Source of the DNA: a bacterium
GTDB taxonomy: Bacteria; Patescibacteriota; Minisyncoccia; UBA6257; GWB1-50-10
Direction: 5' to 3'
Length of the DNA stretch: 64,000 bases
NCBI GenBank assembly: GCA_021801565.1
Contig: JAJYXV010000015.1
Span: 91,168 to 155,167 of the forward strand
This document shows, one piece after another, positions 39,571-50,172 of the stretch. Every line of letters starts with the position of its first letter. The first letter of the stretch is position 1. The notes beneath the pieces were generated by a model. The model ran no database searches and was not told the origin of the DNA. It saw only the letters and a program-made list of their open reading frames with translations. The position numbers were made by a program, and so were the translations under genes.

Positions 39571-39867
39571 TTAACACTGAACAATCCAAATAGCAGCCGA
39601 TTTAAGAAACACTATGAGGCTTGCGCCGGATAATATCAGAAATACATATGCGACCACGCCATCTGCTCCATTGCCATATATAGTATTTATTTGTTCGGCA
39701 TGTTTCATGGTAAGTACGAAAAATATTACGCATACTATAATTGAAACTCCGATATTGTCCCCATGTAGTATTGGAACACACCATCCGATTATTCCCGCAA
39801 TAATCGTTCCAATCACCGCAAGGAATATGTAGAAAATTGCGTCATTTTTACTTATCATTGTTTTCAT
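39571..39867 (-). CDS. Hypothetical 3-TM protein
   Basis: Own TTGACA-18-TATAAT promoter, SD AAGGTG and downstream hairpin. Confidence 0.7.
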   Translation of the reverse strand: MKTMISKNDAIFYIFLAVIGTIIAGIIGWCVPILHGDNIGVSIIVCVIFFVLTMKHAEQINTIYGNGADGVVAYVFLILSGASLIVFLKSAAIWIVQC

Positions 39868-40049
39868 TTTTCACCTTCTTTATTTATTGTTGTAAATTAT
39901 TTAACTCTATTTAAATTATACCATATAATATATATTTTTGTCAATATATAGAAAAACCCAGTAAAATACTGGGTTTTTTGCTGATTAATGCTGATTTTGC
40001 GGATCGATGCAGATGATGTTAATCCACTTTAAACTTCGCGTGTTTATCC

Positions 40050-41786
40050 CTATATCTCAATAATCACTGGTAAAATCATCGGTCTGCGCTGTGTTTTGGT
40101 ATATAAAAACTGCCCAATTTGGTCGCGCACTAGTGTTTTTACATAATCTGCGTCGAGTCCCTGGTTTTTCTGTTCTGGAATGCGCCCAATAATACCGCGG
40201 ATTTTTCTTCGGATGTCTTCCAAAAGATCCTGATTTTCTTTGAGGTAAATAAATCCGCGAGAAATAATATCCGGATTTTTTAGTATTCTTCCGTTTTCTT
40301 TGCTAAGCGTGGTGATAATAACCACCATTCCTTCTTGTGCAAGTGTTCTTCGGTCTCGGAGCACCACCTCTCCTACGTCACCGACACCGAGTCCGTCTAC
40401 CATAACATAATATGCCGGCACTTGTTCATTTGTAACGCGCACGCTCTCGCGGAGCATTTCCACCACCAATCCATTGTCGGCAAGAATTGTATTTTCCGGT
40501 TTCAGTTTTAATTCTTCCTGTGCAAGTTTTGCATTTCTCCATCGCATAAAATAATATCCGTGAATAGGAAGAAAGAACTTTGGTTTTACAAGACGCATCA
40601 CGGTTTTTAATTCTTCTTGTGGGGCATGTCCTGATGAGTGAATATCAAGCATTTTGTAGTGATAGATAACCGCTCCCTGGCGAGAAAGATTGTCTTTCAG
40701 TGTTTGAACACTTCGTTCGTTTCCCGGAACGACAGAAGAAGAAAGTACCACCGTATCATCCTTTCTGATTTTAATTTGTTTGTGTTCTCCGTTTGCAATA
40801 CGCATAAAACTTCCATTCGGCTCTCCCTGTGCTCCCGTACAGAGGATGAGTAGTTTGTCATCTCTGTAATTTTTTATATCTTCAAGTGGAATGATTGTTC
40901 CGCTTCTTACTTTTGCATACCCAAGTCGTTGGGCTATTTCAAAGTTTGTTTTCATTGAGCGTCCGCTTATTGCCACGTGCCGTCCAAGTCTGTCAGCAAT
41001 TTTTACAATTTCAGTTAAGCGATCAAGGAGGGAAGCGAATGTTCCAATAAGAATACGTCCTGTGGCTGTTTTGAATATTTTTTCAAGTTCTTGCTCTACA
41101 ACGCGCTCCGAAAGGGAAAATCCGGGGGTTTCTGCGCCAGTCGAATCAAGCATAAGTGTATGAATTCCTTCTCTTCCTACCATTTCCCATGTATTAAGTC
41201 CTAATGGTTTTCCACTTGCGTCATAGTCGAATTTAAATTCTCCCGGGTGAACGATATTTCCAATCGGAGTGCGGATAATCATTCCGGTGCCGTCGGGAAT
41301 ATTATGTACCACATTGAAAAATGTGACTGCGAAATTCTTTGAGATTTGTTTTGTTTCTCCTCCGGTGATAATTTCGAATATTGGTTTTGGAGCGTTTTTA
41401 AATTCTTCTTGTCGCTTCATTATGATTTCTTTGGAAAGACGCGTAGTGTAAATTGTTGGATTCCCTATTTTTTCCAACACATGAGGGAGTGCGCCGATAT
41501 GGTCATAATGTCCGTGTGTGATAATAAGACCTTTTATGTTCTGTTTCCGCTCTTCGAGATATGCGGTGTTTGGAATAATATAATCGATCCCGGGAGTTTC
41601 TTCTTCTGGGAATTGTAATCCCGCATCAATAACAAGGATCTCGTCCTTATATTCAAGAAGCATCATGTTTCGACCAATTTCTTCAAGCCCGCCAAGCGGA
41701 ATGAAGCGGAGAGAATCTTTTGATGTGTGGCTCCCATGATCTCTCATGGGCGCTCTCCTTACCACTCTTTTTGTGTTTTTTATCAT
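40050..41786 (-). CDS. rnj: Ribonuclease J
   Basis: PLGGLEEIGRN, THGHYDHIG, GAQGEP, HSSGH, RRPMILPVI. Confidence 0.96.
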   Translation of the reverse strand: MIKNTKRVVRRAPMRDHGSHTSKDSLRFIPLGGLEEIGRNMMLLEYKDEILVIDAGLQFPEEETPGIDYIIPNTAYLEERKQNIKGLIITHGHYDHIGALPHVLEKIGNPTIYTTRLSKEIIMKRQEEFKNAPKPIFEIITGGETKQISKNFAVTFFNVVHNIPDGTGMIIRTPIGNIVHPGEFKFDYDASGKPLGLNTWEMVGREGIHTLMLDSTGAETPGFSLSERVVEQELEKIFKTATGRILIGTFASLLDRLTEIVKIADRLGRHVAISGRSMKTNFEIAQRLGYAKVRSGTIIPLEDIKNYRDDKLLILCTGAQGEPNGSFMRIANGEHKQIKIRKDDTVVLSSSVVPGNERSVQTLKDNLSRQGAVIYHYKMLDIHSSGHAPQEELKTVMRLVKPKFFLPIHGYYFMRWRNAKLAQEELKLKPENTILADNGLVVEMLRESVRVTNEQVPAYYVMVDGLGVGDVGEVVLRDRRTLAQEGMVVIITTLSKENGRILKNPDIISRGFIYLKENQDLLEDIRRKIRGIIGRIPEQKNQGLDADYVKTLVRDQIGQFLYTKTQRRPMILPVIIEI

Positions 41787-41836
41787 ATAAAATATGTTTT
41801 TAGATAAATACGCTAATATTAAATTATTTATCTTTG

Positions 41837-41920
41837 TGCTGAGGGGGAGACTTGAACTCCCACGAGGTTGCCCTCTCCAGGCCCTGAACCTGGTGCGTCT
41901 GCCAATTTCGCCACCTCAGC
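41837..41920 (-). tRNA. tRNA-Leu(CAG)
   Basis: GCTGAGG/CCTCAGC acceptor, loop TTCAGGG, long variable arm. Confidence 0.94.
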
Positions 41921-41932
41921 AATTATGTGGCA

Positions 41933-42844
41933 TTATTTTTCAAATTCCCTTTTGAACAAATCAATGTATGGAGTGTGTTGCGGAGACATTCCCTTTTTTT
42001 CCGCAATTTTTTTTGTAATCAATATAATTTGTGTGAACGCATTAAAGAATATATCTTTATTTTTTGTTCCATTAAGATTTATCACTATTGGAGACATATT
42101 TCTTTTTTTAAAAAATGCAACAAGCGCTTTTATTTTTTCCTTGTCTTTTTGTGTTATTTTTTTGGAAACCAGAAACAAAGGAATAAACAATTGTGGCATT
42201 TGGCTCACCCCCTCTATCTCATTGTGTGCAATTTCTGGGACCATACCTGAAAATGCTGGAATTTTTGCGGTTTCATTAAAAAATACCTTCCACATGAGCC
42301 CCAATGGAGCTAATGATTTATCTGTATAAATAAGAGGAATACGTGTCCCAATTTTTTTTACGATATCACCACCGTGTCCCGATGGCTCTTTTTTCTTCGG
42401 AAGCATATTAACTTTTCTAAGAGGAAAACAATAAGAGAGGAGAGTGATGACAGTGTGTAGATTATATATCAAACCCTCACGCGGTGTCAAATTATATGTT
42501 TCGAATGTGCCGAATGGAAGTTTGTGCTTTCTTGCAATTTGTTCTTCTCGTCCGCCAGAAGTTACGACAGCGATATTCTTTTTTTTCTTTATTGCCTCGC
42601 GAAGCGCGGCTATTGTTTCGTGTGTATTTCCAGAAAACGACGAAAAAACAAACAACGGTTTTTTTGCTTCAAAATGGGGAAGCGTATAGTCTTTTGAAAC
42701 AAATACGGGAACGGTTAATCCGACATCGTCTTTTATAAATTTTAGTATGTCTCCCACAAGTCCTGATCCTCCCATACCGACAATCACCACCGCATCAAAT
42801 TTTCCTCTTTTTATTCTCTCTTCATTTATAATTTGACACACCAT
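41933..42844 (-). CDS. Bifunctional phosphoglucose/phosphomannose isomerase (SIS)
   Basis: GMGGSG, SFSGNT.ET, NETAK, PEIAHNEI. Confidence 0.88.
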   Translation of the reverse strand: MVCQIINEERIKRGKFDAVVIVGMGGSGLVGDILKFIKDDVGLTVPVFVSKDYTLPHFEAKKPLFVFSSFSGNTHETIAALREAIKKKKNIAVVTSGGREEQIARKHKLPFGTFETYNLTPREGLIYNLHTVITLLSYCFPLRKVNMLPKKKEPSGHGGDIVKKIGTRIPLIYTDKSLAPLGLMWKVFFNETAKIPAFSGMVPEIAHNEIEGVSQMPQLFIPLFLVSKKITQKDKEKIKALVAFFKKRNMSPIVINLNGTKNKDIFFNAFTQIILITKKIAEKKGMSPQHTPYIDLFKREFEK

Positions 42845-42850
42845 AATTGT

Positions 42851-44455
42851 TTATTCCAATATGCGAGCTTTTGTGACATACCACTTTTCTATATTAAGAA
42901 AACGATCGCGTGGATTTGAAATAGAAAGCGTTGGATCCTCTTCGTAAATAACTCCGCCGAGTTCCGAAGTGTGAATATACATATAGGGAACGGTATAAAG
43001 AAATATTGCTGGGTTATCTTTTTTTATTTCTCCTTCAGCATTTTTCAAAAGATCTTCTTGTTGGGGCGTATCTTTTGTTTGGCGGATAGTGTCGATAAGA
43101 AGATCGAGTTTTTGGTTTTTGTAAAAAGAGAGATTAAGTCCTGGGTACATTCGTTCGGAAGAATGCCAGAACGGAAAGAGATCCCTTTTGTTTTCAAGTA
43201 TATTTCCAAAAAGGAGCACTTCATATTCATTTGTTTTTATTACTTTTTCGACGATATCTTTTGGTTCCACCGTGCGTATAGTGACACTTTCTATCCCTTC
43301 TAAATTCATCCATTGTTTTTTTATTTCCTCTGCGGTTTTTTCGAGAAAATCTATTTTCGGAACAGTGAGAGAAATATTTATTCCTTTTAACTTTGCTTTT
43401 TTAAGAAGCGCACGCGCATCTTCAATATTTTGAGGGGGTGATTCGCGTTCTAAAAGCGGACCGCTTATTGCTTCTGCGTGGCCATTAGGAAACACAGATG
43501 AAAGTATTTCGTTTCTATCTGTTGATAAAGAAAGCGCTTTTCGCAGTGAATCGTTTTTTAATAATTCACTTGTGCTGAGATTGAAGAAAAGAGCATAATA
43601 ACGAGACATTGGAATGTCTGTTATTTTTATTTGAGGTGAAGCTATGGTTTTTGTTTCAATAATTCCGACACTTCCGAATCCATCGATTTCTCTCAAGCGA
43701 AATGCTTTTAATAAATTTTCTTCATTTTCGTAAAATCGAAAAATAAATTTTTGGATAAATGGCTGTGTTCCGTGATATGTTTCGTTTTTTATCAGCTCAT
43801 ATTCAGTAATAAATCCGTCCTTTCGCTGTGAAAACGTTTTGAAACGGTATGGTCCGCTGCCGATCGGTTCAAGATTATATGATGAAAGATGAATATTTTG
43901 TGCGGGAATGCTTCCGAAAATATGCTTTGGAATAATGGGAAGTTTTTTTAATGTTTCGTCGAAAAACGAATAAGGAACAGGAAGCGCAAGCCTCACTTGC
44001 AATTCGCTCATTCGTTCTGCAATAACCCCCTCTACAGTATTTGAAAGGGGAGACTGATTTCCGAGTTCTTGTGCGGCACGTATAGTAAATACCACATCAT
44101 CACTCAAAAGTGGCTTTGCATCATCCCATGTAAGTCCTTCTTTGAGATTTAAGATAAATACACGTCCATTGTCTTCTGTGGTGTATGTATCGATGATGTC
44201 TGAAATTTTTGGGTAAATAAGAGCGCTTATATCCTGATCTGTCGGGTTTCCGGAGATAATCGGGTTTACTGCAATTGGTTGCCCCACAATCCCTTCTCTG
44301 TATAGTCCCCCCCGAACAGGAACGAGTGTACTATTTTCATCTATCGCTGTGGTGATGCGTGCGATGCTTGCAATAAGGAAAAGAGCAACAAAACACATGA
44401 GTATTTTAAACTCCCTTTTGGTAAGCGATGCAAATACGTTTTTTAAGAAAATCAT
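42851..44455 (-). CDS. ABC transporter substrate-binding protein, family 5
   Basis: DDVVFTI, PIGSGPY, FWHSS, NLSFY. Confidence 0.88.
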   Translation of the reverse strand: MIFLKNVFASLTKREFKILMCFVALFLIASIARITTAIDENSTLVPVRGGLYREGIVGQPIAVNPIISGNPTDQDISALIYPKISDIIDTYTTEDNGRVFILNLKEGLTWDDAKPLLSDDVVFTIRAAQELGNQSPLSNTVEGVIAERMSELQVRLALPVPYSFFDETLKKLPIIPKHIFGSIPAQNIHLSSYNLEPIGSGPYRFKTFSQRKDGFITEYELIKNETYHGTQPFIQKFIFRFYENEENLLKAFRLREIDGFGSVGIIETKTIASPQIKITDIPMSRYYALFFNLSTSELLKNDSLRKALSLSTDRNEILSSVFPNGHAEAISGPLLERESPPQNIEDARALLKKAKLKGINISLTVPKIDFLEKTAEEIKKQWMNLEGIESVTIRTVEPKDIVEKVIKTNEYEVLLFGNILENKRDLFPFWHSSERMYPGLNLSFYKNQKLDLLIDTIRQTKDTPQQEDLLKNAEGEIKKDNPAIFLYTVPYMYIHTSELGGVIYEEDPTLSISNPRDRFLNIEKWYVTKARILE

Positions 44456-44519
44456 TGAGATAACTAAAAAATCAAAATTCGGTCATTAGAGAGGACGGAG
44501 TATGTAATAAAAGCTTGTA

Positions 44520-44735
44520 TTAGACCGTGATAAGTTTGAGAATGGCCAGTGCCACAAAAATAATTCCGCACACCACTGTCGCCCAAAAAATTCCTTTCTC
44601 TAATCCGCGGCGAGTTTGATATGATGCATCAGCCCCTCCCCCCCCAAGTACCCCAGACAGTCCGCTTGACCGCTCTTGAAGAAGAATAAGGACAATAAGA
44701 ACAATTGAAATTATTACTTCAGCGATGTTTAACAT
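44520..44735 (-). CDS. secG: Preprotein translocase SecG
   Basis: ILLQ.RSSGL...TRRGLEK; two TM segments. Confidence 0.92.
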   Translation of the reverse strand: MLNIAEVIISIVLIVLILLQERSSGLSGVLGGGGADASYQTRRGLEKGIFWATVVCGIIFVALAILKLITV

Positions 44736-44740
44736 ATTAT

Positions 44741-45109
44741 TTAATCCCCTTTATATAAAAATTTTCCACTTGTTGAGATAATAAAATTCACAAATCCAAC
44801 CAGCAATGAAGCGTAAAGAAGTGGAATATACCCCTGTATTGTAAGTGGCTGACTGAATATGTCAAGAATGAATAATGTTGCCGCGTTTACTACGATAATA
44901 AATAATCCGAGCGTGAGTACAATAAGCGGACCGAGGACGAGTTTCAATATGGGGCGGATAAACGTATTGATAATAGAAAGAATGGTGCCCGCAATAATGA
45001 GATCAAGAAATCCTCCAGAAAAATTAAATCCCGTAATAAAGTATGCAGCCGCATAAAGCGCGATAGAATTTGAAAATATAGAAAAAATGAGTTTCCAGAT
45101 AATTTTCAT
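44741..45109 (-). CDS. 4-TM phage-holin-like membrane protein (YvlD-like)
   Basis: IN.FIRPILK...PL..LTLGLF..VVNA. Confidence 0.85.
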   Translation of the reverse strand: MKIIWKLIFSIFSNSIALYAAAYFITGFNFSGGFLDLIIAGTILSIINTFIRPILKLVLGPLIVLTLGLFIIVVNAATLFILDIFSQPLTIQGYIPLLYASLLVGFVNFIISTSGKFLYKGD

Positions 45110-45127
45110 ATATTAATTATATCTGTT

Positions 45128-46678
45128 TTATGTTAATTGTTCGAGAAGGCTTTGTCCCGTCATTTCCTTTGGTTTTTGAATTCCCATAAGCATAAGAATT
45201 GTCGGAGCGACATCGGAAAGAAGTCCTATAACTGGGGGTCGCGATGGTTTTGGAGATGTGTTTTGTTTTTGGAATTCCTTTCCAATGAGGTAAAAGGGGA
45301 CTGGGTTTGCGTCATGCTTTGTTTCTGGCTGTCCGGTTTGCGTACTAATAAGTGTTTCCGCATTTCCATGATCTGAAGTAATAATAAGAATGTGATTTTG
45401 TGCGAGTGTTGCATTAATGAGTCGTTCCATTTCAACGTTGATCACGCGGACCGCTTGTACTGTGGCATCAAAATCTCCGGTGTGGGCGATAATATCTGGA
45501 TTTGCATAATTTACGAGTATGAAATCAAATCCTCCTTCATTCAATGCGACGATTACTCTATCGGTAATCGCACTTGCCATCATTTCTGGATGCTCTTCAT
45601 AATGAGCTACATTTTTTGATGGAATAAGAACGCGATATTCGTTCGGATATGGTTTTTCCTGAAGTCCATTGAAGAAATAGGTTACGTGTGCATATTTTTC
45701 CGTTTCCGCGATACGTAATTGTACTCGTCCAGCGTCAGAGATAACTTTTCCAAGCGGATTGATAATATCTTCTCTTTTAAATGCAACTGGCACAGAAAAG
45801 TCATCTCGATATTCTATCATTGTGGTAATAAGGAGATTTTGGAATTTTTTTGTCTGAAATATTGAAAACTCTGGATTTACAAATGCCTCGACAATTTGTC
45901 TCATGCGATCTTCTCTAAAGTTAAAAAAAAGAATTGAATCCCCGTCTTTAATTGGGTTCACTTTTTCAATGATGGTTGGTTCTATATATTCATCATTGAG
46001 CTTTTTCCTGTATATTTCCTCTATTGCGTTCTGCGCGTTTGTAATACGAACGGTTTCTGGGTGTACCAACATGTTATATGTTTTTTCCGTTCGATCCCAG
46101 TGTTTGTCTCTGTCCATGGCATAATATCTTCCTATGAGTGTGGCGATTGTTCCTATACCATATTTTTTTATTTCTTTTTCTAATTTTTCTATGTATGTTG
46201 TAATAAGTTGTGGTGCGCTATCTCTCCCATCACTGATAATATGTATACACACACGTGGACACCCCTCTCTTTTTGCCATATCAAGAAGTGCTATAAGATG
46301 TGTAAATGCTGAATGAACAACTCCCTCACCAACGAGGCCAATCAAATGAAGCGTGCCGTTGTTTTTTTTTGCATGTGCGAACGAGTTTTTTAAAACTTCA
46401 TTTTTAAAAAAAGTTCCCTCTTCTATTGCGAGCGTGATCCTTGGATAGTGCTGATAAAATACCCTTCCTGCCCCGATGGTAAGATGTCCAATTTCGCTGT
46501 TTCCTTCTTCATCCCATGGCATTCCAATTGAAATGCCAGATGCTTGAAGCGCACCATACGGAAAGTTCTCTTCGATAAATTTGAACGTGTTTAGTTGTGC
46601 CTGATGAATTGGGTTTGATTCGTCTGCCCTTCCAAATCCCCACCCATCAAGAATAACAAGTGTACAAATACGCTTCAT
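45128..46678 (-). CDS. gpmI: 2,3-BPG-independent phosphoglycerate mutase
   Basis: ILDGWG, GNSEIGH, GRYYAMDRD, AETEKYAHVT, SDHGN. Confidence 0.97.
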   Translation of the reverse strand: MKRICTLVILDGWGFGRADESNPIHQAQLNTFKFIEENFPYGALQASGISIGMPWDEEGNSEIGHLTIGAGRVFYQHYPRITLAIEEGTFFKNEVLKNSFAHAKKNNGTLHLIGLVGEGVVHSAFTHLIALLDMAKREGCPRVCIHIISDGRDSAPQLITTYIEKLEKEIKKYGIGTIATLIGRYYAMDRDKHWDRTEKTYNMLVHPETVRITNAQNAIEEIYRKKLNDEYIEPTIIEKVNPIKDGDSILFFNFREDRMRQIVEAFVNPEFSIFQTKKFQNLLITTMIEYRDDFSVPVAFKREDIINPLGKVISDAGRVQLRIAETEKYAHVTYFFNGLQEKPYPNEYRVLIPSKNVAHYEEHPEMMASAITDRVIVALNEGGFDFILVNYANPDIIAHTGDFDATVQAVRVINVEMERLINATLAQNHILIITSDHGNAETLISTQTGQPETKHDANPVPFYLIGKEFQKQNTSPKPSRPPVIGLLSDVAPTILMLMGIQKPKEMTGQSLLEQLT

Positions 46679-46783
46679 ATTATATGTATTGTACGTCTTT
46701 TGACATCAATGGGGAAGGAGATATAAAATAAATATTGAAAGAGAAAACGTCGATGTATATAAAACTTTCAATTTTTTCGTATT

Positions 46784-48304
46784 ATGAACCCCAACATATT
46801 GTTGGCGGCTGGTTTTGTTTTAGGAATCGTTCTTGGCTATTTCGCACGCATTTGGATAGCTCTCCGCAAGAGAGGTTCATTAGAATCTAGAGCACAAGAG
46901 CAGCTTGAAACTGCAAAATCAGAGGCCAAAGAGACCGTGTTAGCCGCAAACGAAAAAGCAGCGGCTATTATTGCAGACGCGCAAAAAGAAGAGCGCGAAC
47001 GAAAACAAGATCTTCGAAAACTTGAAGATCATTTACTGAAAAAAGAGGCACTTCTCGAGCGTCAACACGCAGAATCAGAGACTCTTACTACAAGAAAAAG
47101 AGAAGAACTTGATCGGTTGAAAAATATAGAAAATGAAGTAAAAGCGAGTCGTGAAAAGGTGGTGCAAGAGCTTGAGCGAGTTGCGGGAATGTCAAAAGAG
47201 GAAGCACGAAGCCAAATGATAAAAGAACTTGAGCGAGATTCGCATAAGGAACTTGCTGAAAAAATCGTGGCACTTGAACGGGAAAGGAAAAACGAAATTG
47301 AAGCAAAAAGTACCGAGATTATTACTTCGGTGATTCAGCGATATGCGCGTAACTGTATTGGAGATGTAACCACAAGCGTAGTAAATCTCCCCAATGAAGA
47401 TATAAAAGGAAAAGTAATCGGTCGGGAGGGAAGAAATATTCGTACCTTTGAACGCCTTACGGGAGTCGAACTTATTGTTGATGAAACCCCAGAGAGTATC
47501 CTTATTTCGTCATTTGATCCACTACGGAGGGAACTTGCAAAAATAGCGCTTGAAAAACTAATTAAAGATGGACGTATACAGCCTGCAAAAATTGAAGAGA
47601 AAGTAGAAGAAGCGCGATTAGAACTTGAAGATCATATAAAAAAAGTAGGCGAAGAAGCGGCGTTTGAAGTTGGTATCCTTGATCTACCGAAAGAAATTGT
47701 CTATTTACTTGGGCGTTTGAATTATCGAACGAGTTACGGGCAGAATGTGTTGAATCATTCGATTGAAATGACGCATATTGCGGGGATGATGGCGTCAGAG
47801 TTACATCTAAAAGTTGATGTTACAAAAAAAGCAGCACTTCTCCATGATATTGGAAAAGCAGTTGACCACGAGGTAGAGGGAAGTCATGTGGATATAGGAA
47901 GAAAACTTCTCAAGAAATATGGAATTCATGAAGATGTGATTAAAGCAATGGAGTCCCATCATGATGAGTATCCATATTCATCTCCGGAATCGCATTTAGT
48001 GGCAACCGCTGATATTATTTCTGCTGCGCGTCCAGGTGCGCGTAGAGATACACTCGAAAAGTATCTGAAAAGACTTGAAGATATTGAACGGGTGGTAAAA
48101 AGTTTTGAGGGGATTAACCAAGCATATGCGGTATCTGCCGGAAGAGAGGTGAGAGTGTTTGTAACTCCTGAAAAAATTGATGATTTTGGCGCATTGCAAC
48201 TCGCAAAACAGGTTGCGGCAAAAATTCAATCAGAGGTGCAATACCCCGGAGAGGTAAAAGTGGTTGTAATTCGTGAAGTGAAGGCGGTAGAATATGCCAA
48301 GTAA
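46784..48304 (+). CDS. rny: Ribonuclease Y
   Basis: N-terminal TM, coiled coil, KH domain IGREGRN, HD motif LHDIGK. Confidence 0.97.
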   Translation: MNPNILLAAGFVLGIVLGYFARIWIALRKRGSLESRAQEQLETAKSEAKETVLAANEKAAAIIADAQKEERERKQDLRKLEDHLLKKEALLERQHAESETLTTRKREELDRLKNIENEVKASREKVVQELERVAGMSKEEARSQMIKELERDSHKELAEKIVALERERKNEIEAKSTEIITSVIQRYARNCIGDVTTSVVNLPNEDIKGKVIGREGRNIRTFERLTGVELIVDETPESILISSFDPLRRELAKIALEKLIKDGRIQPAKIEEKVEEARLELEDHIKKVGEEAAFEVGILDLPKEIVYLLGRLNYRTSYGQNVLNHSIEMTHIAGMMASELHLKVDVTKKAALLHDIGKAVDHEVEGSHVDIGRKLLKKYGIHEDVIKAMESHHDEYPYSSPESHLVATADIISAARPGARRDTLEKYLKRLEDIERVVKSFEGINQAYAVSAGREVRVFVTPEKIDDFGALQLAKQVAAKIQSEVQYPGEVKVVVIREVKAVEYAK

Positions 48305-48501
48305 TAGAAAACTGACAGAAAAGAGGCAACAAAGAGCATAACTTTTATTCTGTTATTTTAAGATAATAGAAAATCAGATGTGGACAGAGTGTGGGTAAAA
48401 ATATAGAAAAAACCTAATGAATTTGGTATACTGTATATACAGTTAAAAAGGTCGATTTTGCGCAAAATACACCTTTATATTAGGTACCAAAATATAAATT
48501 T

Positions 48502-48777
48502 ATGAAAAAAGACGGACTTGTTGAGGCAGTAATGAAATCCGCGGGGATTGAAACAAAAAAACAAGCACAGCTTATAGTTGAAACAATCTTCGATACCATT
48601 GTAAAAACAATGAGCCGCGGAGAAGAAGTTGCAATCACTGGATTTGGAACCTTCCGAGTTGCAAAAAGAGCAGCTCGCATGGGAGTAAATCCAAAGACTG
48701 GCGAGAAAATACAAATTAAGGCTTCCACAAAACCAAAATTCAGAGCAGGAAAGGTTTTAAAAGAAGCAGTATTATAG
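48502..48777 (+). CDS. hup: HU family DNA-binding protein
   Basis: GFGTF...R.G.NPKTGE..I....PKF. Confidence 0.96.
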   Translation: MKKDGLVEAVMKSAGIETKKQAQLIVETIFDTIVKTMSRGEEVAITGFGTFRVAKRAARMGVNPKTGEKIQIKASTKPKFRAGKVLKEAVL

Positions 48778-48796
48778 TAAAAATCTATCGAGTAAT

Positions 48797-48832
48797 AAAA
48801 AATCCCTCCGATATTCGTCGGAGGGATTTTTT
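48797..48832. terminator. Bidirectional terminator
   Basis: AAAAAATCCCTCCGA...TCGGAGGGATTTTTT. Confidence 0.8.
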
Positions 48833-49718
48833 AGAGTAACTTCCTCACTACATTACTCATATCAATAAAGATTTGATAAATATTTTTTACTTTAGTAAAA
48901 GATTCTTTTACCAAGTCTTTTATTGATAATTGGGGGTTTTTTTCCACCTCATCTGTTACTGTTGAGGTTGCGGTACTTGTTGCCTCTTCTGTTGCGTTCA
49001 TTAGTATTTTCTCATCTTTGCTTTCTGGTAATTGCAAAATTTTTGTTGTAGAGAAAAGGAGAACCGCTTTGTCGTTTAATTCTTGAGCGTCTTTTAGCAA
49101 CACCTCGGTTTTTGAGAACATTTTTTCTAATTCTGCTGTTTTTATTCTCGCTTTTTTCAATTTTTCAATATCAACGCGTATTTTCTCTGCTCTTTTTTTT
49201 GTTATATCAAGCGCTTGTTTCTGCTGTTCAATGAGAAAATAATCATTGATTTCATCCGCTGTGGGAGTATATTCTTTCTCGCGCCACTCTTTAAATGATT
49301 CTGCTTTTGTTTTTATTTCTGGGAGTGTGAGAGAGGCTTCATTTTCTTTTATAAAATTTTTCTCTGAATCATAATATTCGAGCGCATCGTCAAGATTTTT
49401 CATCATTCTGTTTTTCCACTCGATTGTTGATGTTCCTACTTTTTTAGAATCGATGTCAAAGAGTTTTATTTTTAAATCTTTTGTTTCTGCAATGGAAAAG
49501 TCGATAACTTTTTTGAATGTCTCAATACGAAATGCAATGTCGTTTGGATTTTCTTCATCCTTTGCATTAATAAGCGTGGTGACGCTTTCTTTTACGTCTT
49601 CAAGTGCTTTTTTTGTCGTATCAGACTGAGCATGTGCCGGCGTGTAGAAGTATATTCCGGACAAAAGCGAAAAAAGTATAAAAAGTGAAATGGTACGCAT
49701 ATGTTTAAAAAATGACAC
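48831..49718 (-). CDS. Hypothetical secreted helical protein
   Basis: Signal peptide (...PAHA); coiled-coil-like; ATST motif. Confidence 0.7.
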   Translation of the reverse strand: MSFFKHMRTISLFILFSLLSGIYFYTPAHAQSDTTKKALEDVKESVTTLINAKDEENPNDIAFRIETFKKVIDFSIAETKDLKIKLFDIDSKKVGTSTIEWKNRMMKNLDDALEYYDSEKNFIKENEASLTLPEIKTKAESFKEWREKEYTPTADEINDYFLIEQQKQALDITKKRAEKIRVDIEKLKKARIKTAELEKMFSKTEVLLKDAQELNDKAVLLFSTTKILQLPESKDEKILMNATEEATSTATSTVTDEVEKNPQLSIKDLVKESFTKVKNIYQIFIDMSNVVRKLL

Positions 49719-50172
49719 TATTTAAAAGTTTATCGATATTTTCGGTATTTTTATTTTCAATATTTAGATCCTGTGATTCTGATTTGAGTGTATTTGGATT
49801 CAAATGACTTGCCTTTGCGTCTTTTATTTCGGTGATTGCTGCCATAATCATGGAATCGGCATTTTGTTGATAAGACAGTTCTTTTAAGTGAATATTAATT
49901 GAAAGAGCATTTACCTCCTGATTTAATGTTTCGGTGTCTTTTAATGAAGAAACCGTGGGGGTCGGAGAAAGGACTGAAACAAGCACAAAAAGCGCAATGG
50001 CGAATGCAAGAGATCCAATTGCTATAGGCTTTCGTATAAACGAAATAAACGTATCTATATAAGAGATGTGTTGTTTTTGTGACAGAATAGACAAACGAAC
50101 CCTTGCTGCGAAATGCGGGTCTGGCGAGATTTGTCTAAGCCGTTCTAATTGTTTGTGTATTTCGTGATTCAT
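49705..50172 (-). CDS. Single-TM protein, putative anti-sigma factor
   Basis: L..I.P...F N-terminus plus one TM; overlaps the sigma gene 3' end. Confidence 0.65.
   Translation of the reverse strand: MNHEIHKQLERLRQISPDPHFAARVRLSILSQKQHISYIDTFISFIRKPIAIGSLAFAIALFVLVSVLSPTPTVSSLKDTETLNQEVNALSINIHLKELSYQQNADSMIMAAITEIKDAKASHLNPNTLKSESQDLNIENKNTENIDKLLNSVIF

Noticed and set aside
44741-45109. Prophage suggested by the holin-like gene
   Set aside because: Sits in a housekeeping gpmI-secG operon with no phage genes nearby.
48475-48728. Antisense ORFs over hup, and similar shadow ORFs throughout the window
   Set aside because: Shadows of well-identified genes on the other strand or frame.
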